Source: an uncultured virus (IMG/VR IMGVR_UViG_3300023180_000043) (Duplodnaviria > Heunggongvirae > Uroviricota > Caudoviricetes). From it: a stretch of 20,000 bases of DNA. The translations under genes were made by a program, and so were the position numbers. Under the pieces are notes generated by a model. The model was not told the DNA's origin. It ran no database searches and saw only the letters and a program-made list of their open reading frames with translations. Below, piece after piece: positions 1 through 7,917 of this stretch (within the stretch, counting starts at the first letter, position 1; each line of letters starts with the position of its first letter). The stretch lies in the IMG/VR virus record IMGVR_UViG_3300023180_000043. The stretch is one strand, 5' to 3'.

Positions 1-2
1 TC

Positions 3-173
3 ATTGGGGAATGGACTTCAGCCGAGCTTAATGGCCAACAGTTATCTGAAATCTGCTTGATCACTTCAGCAGACGGCAACTCGGATAAGCACTTCTTTGC
101 AAGAAAGACATTTACACCGTTTACTAAAACATCAGAATTCACTCTAGAAATCCGCTGGACAATAAGGTTCTAA
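3..173 (+). CDS. C-terminal fragment of a phage tail/baseplate-associated protein (tail-collar fibre, DUF3751-like); truncated by the window start
   Basis: Frame 3 is open from the window edge: IGEWTSAELNGQQLSEICLITSADGNSDKHFFARKTFTPFTKTSEFTLEIRWTIRF, with TAA at 171-173, 1 nt before the next ATG. The E.(G/C)L...FARKTF...KT....LEI.W.I.F ending resembles tail-collar/baseplate proteins. Confidence 0.6.
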   Translation: MGEWTSAELNGQQLSEICLITSADGNSDKHFFARKTFTPFTKTSEFTLEIRWTIRF

Positions 174-174
174 T

Positions 175-2943
175 ATGCCAACTACAAATACAAGAACAGA
201 TTACGTAACTCTTTATCGTACATTTGCAGAGATGTATGAAAACCTAGACTTTATCCAGACGTTAGAGAGGTTGCAGACTGGTGAGCCTACCAATATGCAT
301 GGGTCAAACTCTGGTAGTAAGATCGAAGGTACCAACAGACCGCTGGCAAGACTTGCACATGGCATGGATTCTTTGCTTGACCAAATGATGCTCCTCAAAA
401 CCGCAGTAGTAGATGCCGCAAACACCACTACGGTCACTTGGAATGGCACAAACCTAGTGACCAGTGCCTCTATTGAGGTAAGAGTAAACTTAGTTGCAGC
501 AGGGCAAATTGCCGCTGCCCCTTCAGGAAAGATTAGCTACAGTATTCTGGCTTTTACACAAGCCACTGCGTCCGTAGACTGGGGATATGTAATCCTTCCT
601 ATGGATCCTACAGGCACTACTACAGTTTCTATTGCTACAGCAACAAATGCCGACTTTGAAACCGCACTTCAAGGTAGTGATCGCATGAAGATCCTTCCTG
701 TATTCTACAAGAACTCTGCAGGGAATATTGTTTGGATGCTAGGAAGTCAAGAGATCATCCATCAAGATAGAACTTTTTATCCAGGGAAGAAGCATAATCG
801 TTTCTATAGTTTAAATAGTAGTACCCAAGCTCTGAACAACATTAGTATCTCAGGATCTGGAAATGTAAGCTGGATTAAAGATGGAGCGGTATCAGGTGAC
901 TATGAGTTAACACTACCATCTCTAACGATCACAGGACCGAGTATTAGTCAAACCTTAGCAGGGGATGTGTATTCAGCAGGGGATGCAGATGAGCTTCAAG
1001 ATGGATACGCCCTGTTTATTAACAGTTCTGATGGATCTGTTGAAGTTCAAAGTTTGAATAGCACTGACTTTGCAGACTCTGATGTATTAAGAGTTATGAT
1101 CTGCGCCAGATCAGGTAATAATGTCTATTTCTGGAACGGACTTAAACTAGTTGGAACAAGCACAGCCAGCACGGGGACAACTGTAGATCTATTTAACTTT
1201 CAGCAGCAGTTAGTGCGTTTGGTTGATGACAGTACCTCTTTTTATCTTGATATTGTGTCGAATAGTGATTCTAACTTTTCGGCAAACAGAACACTCACAC
1301 TAGATACTGGAAATGCTGATAGAACATTGCAACTTAAAGGGGCAGCATCTACGTATACTTTCAATGCAACCTCTTTCTCTCTCCAAGGTACGTACTCCCA
1401 AGATGCTGGGACAACATTGCAGTTACAGGAGAACGGTAGTCTTTATTTATTGGGAACGTCCGGTAGCCCGTCTTCTATTAGCTTAAATCAAGCATCAATT
1501 GACCTCGAAGCCAATTGCTCTATTGATCTTGACTCTACATCAACAATTACAGCAGACAATAGCACTCTGGCTCTTGGTACAGGTAATGCGGTATCTTTTG
1601 GTGCAAACTTTAGCAGCACCGGTGTAGTCTCAATTACAAGCAACTGTACCATTGATCAAGATCTGAGTACTACTTCTGACGTTACGCATTCTGGCTTAGA
1701 GTTGGAAGATGCTTCTGCATTTTTTACTATTAGTAACTTTAACAATAGTACAACGTTTCCTCAGATTACCTCTCAGCACGCCCACGGTACTATCGGCGCA
1801 CCCACAAGCGCCGATGCAAGTGACTATCTTTTACAGTTGTCCGCAAAAGGATATAATGCAAGCTCGGCCTCTTATGAAACAGGCGGGTACATCTATGTTT
1901 CTACAGATACAGGTACGGTAGCCGCTGTTTCGGATGATATGCCTTCCCACATGCGTTTCGGGACTTCTCCAGGAGGGGGAACCGCAGTTCAAGAGCGTAT
2001 GAGAATCTTAAGTAATGGATTTGTGGGATTGGGTGTTTCAGATCCAGATGCCGCTCTTGAAGTGTTTAACACAAGCACTCAGCTTAAATTAAGCTATAAC
2101 TCAGTAAACTTTACGACTTTTACGGTATCTTCATCAGGGGATTTTGACATTGATACAAACTCTGGGGTTGAGCACGAGGTGACAATCAACTCTGAGAGAC
2201 CCCGATCTGAGTCGCTTACGCTTGTATGTAAAGCGAGAAGTGCGGCAACAAGTAATGGATCCGGTATCCCCACGTTGGATGGTCCACTTCGTGGATCTGA
2301 TGAGGGTAAAACTACCGCTACATTCGGAACAGCGGTGTACACCAATCTATCAACGTGGGGTTTGACAGGAGCCGACGACAGATTAGGAGCAATCTGGGTA
2401 GCTCCTAGGAACTGTATTATTAAGAAGATGTTCTTTTCTAGTGACACTAACTTTGGAAACTATACTGATGACGATGCTTTGGTATACTCTACAAACAACT
2501 ATCCAGGTATTGGAAATATAGCAGGATCTGGATGGGAGTGCCCTTTAGCTGCTTCAGTACAGTTAAATATTTATAAAGTATCATACAACCAGACAGATGA
2601 TGCTAGAGGAGGATTCTTAGGTGCTGGAGCAGACGTATCTGTAAGTCTTGAAGCTTCTTCTAAGACACTATACGGGTCCATATTCGATCTTGGAGGCGAT
2701 GGAACAGATGGAACAACAACGTGGAGTGAATCATATGCAGGTCGAGTTGTTGAAATGGAATTTACTGAAGTAGAGATTCTTGAGGGTGAAGGATTTTTAA
2801 TCCATTTTATTGATCCGGAACTGGTATCCTCGTCATCTAGTGAGAGTGCAACGTCTAGACTAAGTTCTAATTTGACAGCAACACCATCAAGCATTTCAGA
2901 GCCAATCCTTAGAGTTACTGTTGTAGTTGAGTACCCAATCTAA
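175..2943 (+). CDS. Tail fibre / virion structural protein (922 aa)
   Basis: S/T/G/N-rich, beta-structure-like composition. N-terminal GEPTN...NRPLARLA resembles fibre attachment segments. IDQDLSTTSDVTHSGL and ERMRILSNGFVGLGVSDPDAALEV are typical of phage tail fibres. It follows a tail-type gene. Confidence 0.75.
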   Translation: MPTTNTRTDYVTLYRTFAEMYENLDFIQTLERLQTGEPTNMHGSNSGSKIEGTNRPLARLAHGMDSLLDQMMLLKTAVVDAANTTTVTWNGTNLVTSASIEVRVNLVAAGQIAAAPSGKISYSILAFTQATASVDWGYVILPMDPTGTTTVSIATATNADFETALQGSDRMKILPVFYKNSAGNIVWMLGSQEIIHQDRTFYPGKKHNRFYSLNSSTQALNNISISGSGNVSWIKDGAVSGDYELTLPSLTITGPSISQTLAGDVYSAGDADELQDGYALFINSSDGSVEVQSLNSTDFADSDVLRVMICARSGNNVYFWNGLKLVGTSTASTGTTVDLFNFQQQLVRLVDDSTSFYLDIVSNSDSNFSANRTLTLDTGNADRTLQLKGAASTYTFNATSFSLQGTYSQDAGTTLQLQENGSLYLLGTSGSPSSISLNQASIDLEANCSIDLDSTSTITADNSTLALGTGNAVSFGANFSSTGVVSITSNCTIDQDLSTTSDVTHSGLELEDASAFFTISNFNNSTTFPQITSQHAHGTIGAPTSADASDYLLQLSAKGYNASSASYETGGYIYVSTDTGTVAAVSDDMPSHMRFGTSPGGGTAVQERMRILSNGFVGLGVSDPDAALEVFNTSTQLKLSYNSVNFTTFTVSSSGDFDIDTNSGVEHEVTINSERPRSESLTLVCKARSAATSNGSGIPTLDGPLRGSDEGKTTATFGTAVYTNLSTWGLTGADDRLGAIWVAPRNCIIKKMFFSSDTNFGNYTDDDALVYSTNNYPGIGNIAGSGWECPLAASVQLNIYKVSYNQTDDARGGFLGAGADVSVSLEASSKTLYGSIFDLGGDGTDGTTTWSESYAGRVVEMEFTEVEILEGEGFLIHFIDPELVSSSSSESATSRLSSNLTATPSSISEPILRVTVVVEYPI

Positions 2944-2946
2944 GCG

Positions 2947-2982
2947 AAAAAAATAAAGGGGGCAAGGACGACCCCCTTTATT
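2947..2982. terminator. Bidirectional intrinsic terminator between the convergent structural and replication modules
   Basis: Perfect 11-bp inverted repeat AATAAAGGGGG (2952-2962) / CCCCCTTTATT (2972-2982) with a 9-nt loop. The A-run at 2947-2953 gives a U-tail on the minus strand and TTTATT gives one on the plus strand. It lies between stops at 2943 and 2999. Confidence 0.85.
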
Positions 2983-2998
2983 AATGAGCAGCGACTTT

Positions 2999-3349
2999 TT
3001 ATTGTAACTGCTCCATCAGTTCTTGTCCAAAGAAGTTAGCGGATCTTCTTATAAACTCTGCCGCTTTCTCTTTATCAATGATTTCGCTGTTTTCTTTAAC
3101 AAAGACAACCCTCCGGACGCCTTTGATTTCAGGGTGCCTTTCAATAAGTGCACTGATGTCCCCATCAATATTATTACAGTCATAACTCACTCTACCTTCT
3201 GTATGGAATGCAAACATGTTCTCTGGAAGATTCTCTAGTAAATACTGTAGAAGCTTGTCTAAAATCTCACAATCTTCATCTTCTAATAATGATATATCAA
3301 TACCATTGGTTGTAATAAATATGAGATCTTCTAGGTAACTCATGATCAT
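2999..3349 (-). CDS. Hypothetical protein (about 116 aa, acidic)
   Basis: ORF track 2999..3412. The start is re-called to ATG 3349, which forms an ATGA overlap with the thyX stop; ATG 3343 is the alternative. Confidence 0.65.
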   Translation of the reverse strand: MIMSYLEDLIFITTNGIDISLLEDEDCEILDKLLQYLLENLPENMFAFHTEGRVSYDCNNIDGDISALIERHPEIKGVRRVVFVKENSEIIDKEKAAEFIRRSANFFGQELMEQLQ

Positions 3350-4011
3350 TCCTTTATTTCCTTCCAAGCCTTTACCGTTTCTGGAAACAGGCCTGCTGCT
3401 ATGTTTAAACACGCTTGCGCAACTACTTGAATCTCATACTGAGCATGAGAATCCAGCCTAAGGTCAATAAACTTTAGTAAGTTGCTTAAGTTTACTGTAC
3501 CATAATATTCTGTGTACAGATTTTGCGGTAAGATCATCCTGGCCTGTTCTCTACTTACTCCGTTTCTAATAAGCTCTCTGTATGCAGCATACCCAGAGCG
3601 GTAAGCAGCCTCAAAGACATAGATGTTCAGCTCTTGCTTTTCTACTGAGGCTTCTGCTGAAGCTTGTCTATTAACTTTGTGTTGTTTGTAAAAAGTCTCT
3701 GGAGTATAGAATTGAATGTTCTCCGAAGTGTACCTTCTAGACACCTCATTGTATGACCAAGTACGATGACGATGATGCTGTGAGCGGACAAACAACGGAA
3801 CCTTAAACCTGAATGTAACCGTGCAATGCTCCAAAGTAGATGTGTGTCTATTTTTGATTAGATACTTAATAAGTTTTTTATCTTTCTCATCAAGTTCATC
3901 TTTATGTTTTCCGAAGCTTACCCTTGCAGAGTTAACCACAGAAAGGTCATCTCCCATGTGGTTCACATATTCAACAAACCCAATGTTATCATTATATATA
4001 TGCTCTTTCAC
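3346..4011 (-). CDS. thyX: Flavin-dependent thymidylate synthase ThyX
   Basis: ThyX signature RHRx7S (RHRTWSYNEVSRRY), plus VVNSARVSF, HTSTLEH, EQARMILP and LRLDSHAQYEI. GTG start overlaps the upstream TGA. Confidence 0.97.
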   Translation of the reverse strand: MKEHIYNDNIGFVEYVNHMGDDLSVVNSARVSFGKHKDELDEKDKKLIKYLIKNRHTSTLEHCTVTFRFKVPLFVRSQHHRHRTWSYNEVSRRYTSENIQFYTPETFYKQHKVNRQASAEASVEKQELNIYVFEAAYRSGYAAYRELIRNGVSREQARMILPQNLYTEYYGTVNLSNLLKFIDLRLDSHAQYEIQVVAQACLNIAAGLFPETVKAWKEIKE

Positions 4012-4484
4012 GCTTTCCCCAAGGATGTGATGATTGAGTTGACAATGTTTTGTAAATCTGCAGTGTATCCAAACACTTTATCTACGTATTCAGATGGATA
4101 CTTGTTAGCAAAGAAACAAATTAAAGGGTTATCCGGTGAGTGATTGCATGATAGTGATTCGTGGGGATCAGATACAACAAACGGAAAGTCTCCATTAACT
4201 TTAACCGTGACATACTTAAGGTCGTTTACATGGTCTATGACTGTTAGATGATCTCCTGCCATCCTTTCAATAACCTCCTGCCCGTACGATATGTCAGATC
4301 CGGGGAACACGATAACGTAATCTTTACAGCCTTTTCTGCGTATTCCAATAGTTGCGTCTTCTACATGTACAAGGCTGTAGCCAAACTCGTGACACACATC
4401 ATCAAGATATATCGTCCATTCATTGTAGTTTAAGTATGGAGGCGGCTCTTTAATCTTTTCATGAATCTTTTTTATGATTTCCAT
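4008..4484 (-). CDS. Hypothetical protein (158 aa)
   Basis: ORF overlapping both neighbours in the operon; no motif recognised. Confidence 0.7.
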   Translation of the reverse strand: MEIIKKIHEKIKEPPPYLNYNEWTIYLDDVCHEFGYSLVHVEDATIGIRRKGCKDYVIVFPGSDISYGQEVIERMAGDHLTVIDHVNDLKYVTVKVNGDFPFVVSDPHESLSCNHSPDNPLICFFANKYPSEYVDKVFGYTADLQNIVNSIITSLGKA

Positions 4485-5068
4485 TCTATTTCTCTTTCTA
4501 AACTTTTTGTGATTGCATCCAATGCCTTTCGTACTATCTGCTGTATTCTTTGCTTACTGTACCCCAGAAGGTCTCCTATGGCTTGGTATGTTTTCGGGTC
4601 TTCTTCTATTCCAAAATACATTTTCAGAATTTTTTGCTCTCTTTCTCCCAGTTTTGTAAGTACCATCCTAACCGTTATTGCGAGCTCCTTATCCACAAGG
4701 ATTTCAAAGGCAGACATCATCATAGACTCTTGAAACATTAAGGGTTCATCACCAGAGGATTTTGGTATGTCACCATTTAAGAAAGCTTCTCTCGTAATCC
4801 TTACCAGTGATTTTTTCCATAGGAATTCTTGTATTCTATTCCTTACCCAGTATCTGCAATAGTGGTTAAAAGATACTCCCTTTTCTATGTCGAACTTTTC
4901 AAATGCAATAAGGAGACCAATCGCACCTTCTTGACAAAGGTCTTCATAGTCTCCATAGCGCGCAAACTTACCTGCGTATTTTCTAGTTATTGGCAGAAAC
5001 TTTTGTATAAACTGTTCATACTTTTCTCTATCTTGTTTTGCTTCTATAAACTCCTGTTCATCTGTCAT
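4472..5068 (-). CDS. Phage RNA polymerase sigma70-family factor (regions 2 and 4, short region 3)
   Basis: Region 2: EDLCQEGAIGLLIAFEKFDIEKGVSFNHYCRYWVR. Region 4 HTH: LGEREQKILKMYFG...TYQAIGDLLGYSKQRIQQI. The start is moved from GTG 5092 (inside the tRNA) to ATG 5068, which follows GGAG. Confidence 0.92.
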   Translation of the reverse strand: MTDEQEFIEAKQDREKYEQFIQKFLPITRKYAGKFARYGDYEDLCQEGAIGLLIAFEKFDIEKGVSFNHYCRYWVRNRIQEFLWKKSLVRITREAFLNGDIPKSSGDEPLMFQESMMMSAFEILVDKELAITVRMVLTKLGEREQKILKMYFGIEEDPKTYQAIGDLLGYSKQRIQQIVRKALDAITKSLEREIEWKS

Positions 5069-5087
5069 CCTATTCTCCATTAAAATG

Positions 5088-5161
5088 TACACCCGGTAGG
5101 ATTCGAACCTACGACCGTCCGCTTAGAAGGCGGATGCTCTATCCAACTGAGCTACGGGTGC
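5088..5161 (-). tRNA. tRNA-Arg(UCU), CCA not encoded
   Basis: Minus strand: GCACCCG TA GCTC AGTTGGATA GAGC A TCCGC CTTCTAA GCGGA CGGTC GTAGG TTCGAAT CCTAC CGGGTGT A. Full cloverleaf, anticodon TCT, Arg identity base A20, G1:U72 pair. Confidence 0.97.
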
Positions 5162-5169
5162 ATTTTTAT

Positions 5170-5490
5170 TTAAGTTACATTCATTGTTAGTATAGACCAC
5201 CGTGGCTTTGTCCAAATAAGCCCTGGGGAATTTTCTACAACCACCTTGAGTTGTTTAATACTCATTTGCTTTGTACCTCTTCTAGCTAGTGCATTCCAGT
5301 TTGTATCACCGCTATTTGGGTCTCCGCCATTAGGCAATTGATCTAACTCATGCTCATCAATATATTGAATTAAGCACTCTTTGATATGTTGTTGTGCCTT
5401 ATCTTTATCAATAAAAACTCCACATATCTGTTGATACTGTTCTCCGTCTTCGGGTATTCTATTTTCAATAACAATGTGTACTTCTTCCAT
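5170..5490 (-). CDS. Hypothetical protein (about 106 aa)
   Basis: ORF track 5170..5505. ATG 5490 follows AGGAGGT. Confidence 0.7.
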   Translation of the reverse strand: MEEVHIVIENRIPEDGEQYQQICGVFIDKDKAQQHIKECLIQYIDEHELDQLPNGGDPNSGDTNWNALARRGTKQMSIKQLKVVVENSPGLIWTKPRWSILTMNVT

Positions 5491-5498
5491 ACTACCTC

Positions 5499-6302
5499 CT
5501 AACAAACCTGTACGGCTTTTTCCAGTGAAACACCTGTTTGTTCTGACATTAATAATGCCTTCTCTGCACGGGCTGTTGAAATCAAGAACTTATCGGACAC
5601 CTCGACAATACGGTGCAGACGGGCATGCTCTTTTAGTACTGATTCTCTAAGCACAGTGTGGTACTGAGCGTTGGGCAAGCCTAGCTGTTCTGCAAACTTT
5701 CTTAGGTCTTCGATACTTAATAACTTAATGTCTGCAGTAGAGAGTTTGGCCGCAACAGGGATCTTAAGATCTACTTGATCTACCCCAACACTCTGCGCAG
5801 CAAAGATAGGGCTGGAAAGCATTTCTATCACGATACCCAATTTTGATTGTAACTGATCTAGTTTTGCGAGTATCATACCTGTTACGGTATTCTCACTGTT
5901 CAAGACAAACTCAGACATAGGATCGAAAGGAATCACCAATTCTGAATTATCGCCATCATTATTCCCTTCACTATACACTTCAGTGCCCACACTAGGGCGC
6001 TCTTCAACCACATTTTGAACTCCAATCTTTGCCATTATTTCTTCTATGGCGAACTCTTTATTACCACCCTGGGGAATAGAGCTTCCACTAATACTGCGAT
6101 TAAGTCTTTGTAACTCTCGCATTCCTAACGATCTTAAAAACTGCTCGTTAAAGACCGTATCCTCCGAGTAACGACCAGCAGGGTCGTACTCTTTCTGGTA
6201 GTTCTCGCCAAGGCGCTCTTCCCATTCAATTATTATGCCCTTGTTCATGAATGTATAGAAGAATTGTTCTACTAAACTCTTTTGTACTCTTTTCTGTGTC
6301 AT
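5499..6302 (-). CDS. Hypothetical protein with two putative Rho-N/HeH-like helical motifs
   Basis: FLRSLGMRELQRL...GNKEFAIEEIM and IKLLSIEDLRKFAEQLGL resemble the Rho N-terminal/HeH pattern. GGAGAG RBS upstream. Confidence 0.55.
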   Translation of the reverse strand: MTQKRVQKSLVEQFFYTFMNKGIIIEWEERLGENYQKEYDPAGRYSEDTVFNEQFLRSLGMRELQRLNRSISGSSIPQGGNKEFAIEEIMAKIGVQNVVEERPSVGTEVYSEGNNDGDNSELVIPFDPMSEFVLNSENTVTGMILAKLDQLQSKLGIVIEMLSSPIFAAQSVGVDQVDLKIPVAAKLSTADIKLLSIEDLRKFAEQLGLPNAQYHTVLRESVLKEHARLHRIVEVSDKFLISTARAEKALLMSEQTGVSLEKAVQVC

Positions 6303-6310
6303 GATCTCTC

Positions 6311-6766
6311 CTATTGATCAAAGTACTGTTCTACTGTTTTGTTGTTGTAATAGTGACAAAGCATAACTCTAGCTTCAGGGCATTCCTGACACTTCAAGTC
6401 ACACTTCATCGTACTGATTGCTACATTGTTTTCACCGATGAACATCTCAGTACGATCTCGAATCTCTTTTACAGGATCTTCCTCTGTGTGTTCTCCTCCT
6501 AGGATAATATCAATAAGTTCCGCTTTGCTCAGAATGCTAGATACCTTGATACCCATAGACTTTGCAAGTAGTACCAACTCCGTCTTAGAAACATCATTCT
6601 GGGAAATATACCCTTGTATCTTTTCTGGTTTTATTGTTTTCTTCTTTTTACTTTTCTTTTCTACAAACCTCTCTTCAGGTAAGCTGGCTGCAGGCTCAGC
6701 AAATACAGCTGCTTCCAATAGCCCTAGTCTTCGTTTGATATCTTGGATAATTTCATTTTCATCCAT
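6311..6766 (-). CDS. Rho-N-like (HeH) nucleic-acid-binding protein with a C-terminal 4-Cys cluster
   Basis: VSKTELVLLAKSMGIKVSSILSKAELIDIIL matches the Rho N-terminal pattern. It also has a Lys-rich patch KKSKKKK and CDLKCQECPEARVMLC. GAGGAG RBS upstream. Confidence 0.65.
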   Translation of the reverse strand: MDENEIIQDIKRRLGLLEAAVFAEPAASLPEERFVEKKSKKKKTIKPEKIQGYISQNDVSKTELVLLAKSMGIKVSSILSKAELIDIILGGEHTEEDPVKEIRDRTEMFIGENNVAISTMKCDLKCQECPEARVMLCHYYNNKTVEQYFDQ

Positions 6767-7152
6767 GCATTTTCCTCCTCACATACTTTCTTTTCGGCAA
6801 TTACTTTGAAGTTTGCTCGGTCATCTAGTCCTAACAACTCTGATAAAGCATCCTCCGCAAGTTTTATTAAGTTTGAAACGTCCATTCTCTTAAAAGGAGA
6901 CTTACATCTTTTATCCTTCCCCCAGCCCTTTGAATAGATCTGGTACTTGGGGAAAAAGAATGTAAGCTCTAAACAAAAGCGATCTTCAGGCTCAAACGCA
7001 ATCTCGGCTTCCATGATAGATAAACCGCCTCGCTGTTGAACGAAACGGTTTTTCCATGCCCTACCTTCAGCAGACAGGATTCTGCGACCCTGCCTATTGA
7101 AGTATAGTTTATTAACCGATGGTGGGATAGAATCCCAGGTTATTTCTACCAT
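6724..7152 (-). CDS. rusA: RusA-like Holliday junction resolvase
   Basis: PPSVN near the N-terminus and DVSNLIKLAEDAL...DD, which matches the RusA D.DN..K...DAL....DD motif. GGAGGT RBS upstream. Confidence 0.85.
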   Translation of the reverse strand: MVEITWDSIPPSVNKLYFNRQGRRILSAEGRAWKNRFVQQRGGLSIMEAEIAFEPEDRFCLELTFFFPKYQIYSKGWGKDKRCKSPFKRMDVSNLIKLAEDALSELLGLDDRANFKVIAEKKVCEEENAWMKMKLSKISNED

Positions 7153-7748
7153 CGACTGCTACCTCCACTGGGCTTATAGCTCTTTGACATGTTTTCAGTG
7201 CGTGTACCATTCTTGAACTCAGAAGCCCTACGTGATTGCTCACGAGAGATAGCGTTAAGAACGGTTCGCAAATCTTTATGTCTTTGCTCAACAGCACCGT
7301 GAAGCAGATCTACCTCCAACCATGAGGCGTGTGCTTTGACAAATACCGGCAGCTCGTCCTCGTCCAGTTGGTAGGATTCAACTTCCATTGTAAGGTCTGC
7401 TGACTTAACACCCTTCTCTGTCTTCAGAAACTTCTTTAAGGCAGTCACCAGGCGATTCAGCTTCTCCTTTCGAATGTCCTTGCGTCTAGAGAGACGTTCT
7501 TCTTCTGTATGGACGTATAGTGTCCAGTTTGTAAAGAAGCTCATTAGCATACCGATTTGTTGATCGGACGCTGTAGTTAAATCTCCTACAAATGGATCCT
7601 TACCTTTGAAGGTAATCAGGCTTTCTAATCCCTCTGGAACAATTACTTCAGGTGTGTGCGCTGAAATCCCAATCTTTTCCAGCTCGGAGAGTATATTGGC
7701 CTCAACCTTGTCGTAATGCTCTAGAATCTTTTGAATGCTATTACTCAT
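7146..7748 (-). CDS. Coiled-coil hypothetical protein, possibly a UvsY-like recombination mediator
   Basis: Long helical segments ending in ISREQSRR, located in the recombination cluster. The functional call is inference only. Confidence 0.5.
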   Translation of the reverse strand: MSNSIQKILEHYDKVEANILSELEKIGISAHTPEVIVPEGLESLITFKGKDPFVGDLTTASDQQIGMLMSFFTNWTLYVHTEEERLSRRKDIRKEKLNRLVTALKKFLKTEKGVKSADLTMEVESYQLDEDELPVFVKAHASWLEVDLLHGAVEQRHKDLRTVLNAISREQSRRASEFKNGTRTENMSKSYKPSGGSSRW

Positions 7749-7915
7749 TTTACTATCTCCACTTCTACTTCGTACTCAGGCTCTCCGCTTCTGCTTGTAG
7801 CGTGAATACTTGGGTTTTCGTCATTAAGATTAACATCTACGTATTTTCGACCACGTTCATCGACATATATTCGTCTTTGAAAGTGATCGTGTTCATCAGT
7901 TTTATATACTTTCAT
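7745..7915 (-). CDS. Small hypothetical protein (56 aa), missing from the ORF track
   Basis: MKVYKTDEHDHFQRRIYVDERGRKYVDVNLNDENPSIHATSRSGEPEYEVEVEIVK. It starts 2 nt after the upstream stop, and its TGA overlaps the next ATG (ATGA), exactly filling the gap. Confidence 0.8.
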   Translation of the reverse strand: MKVYKTDEHDHFQRRIYVDERGRKYVDVNLNDENPSIHATSRSGEPEYEVEVEIVK

Positions 7916-7917
7916 AG

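Noticed and set aside
213..2894. Minus-strand ORFs within the tail fibre gene
   Set aside because: Antisense shadows of the 922-aa ORF.
2700..2943. Diversity-generating retroelement target at the fibre C-terminus
   Set aside because: No template repeat or reverse transcriptase was seen in the window.
5088..5161. tRNA as a prophage attachment site or host boundary
   Set aside because: Phage-type genes continue in the same operon on both sides, and no integrase or duplicated tRNA 3' end was seen.
6356..6403. CxxxCxxC (CDLKCQEC) resembling the radical SAM motif
   Set aside because: It lies near the C-terminus of a 151-aa protein, leaving no room for the radical SAM barrel; treated as a simple metal-binding cluster.
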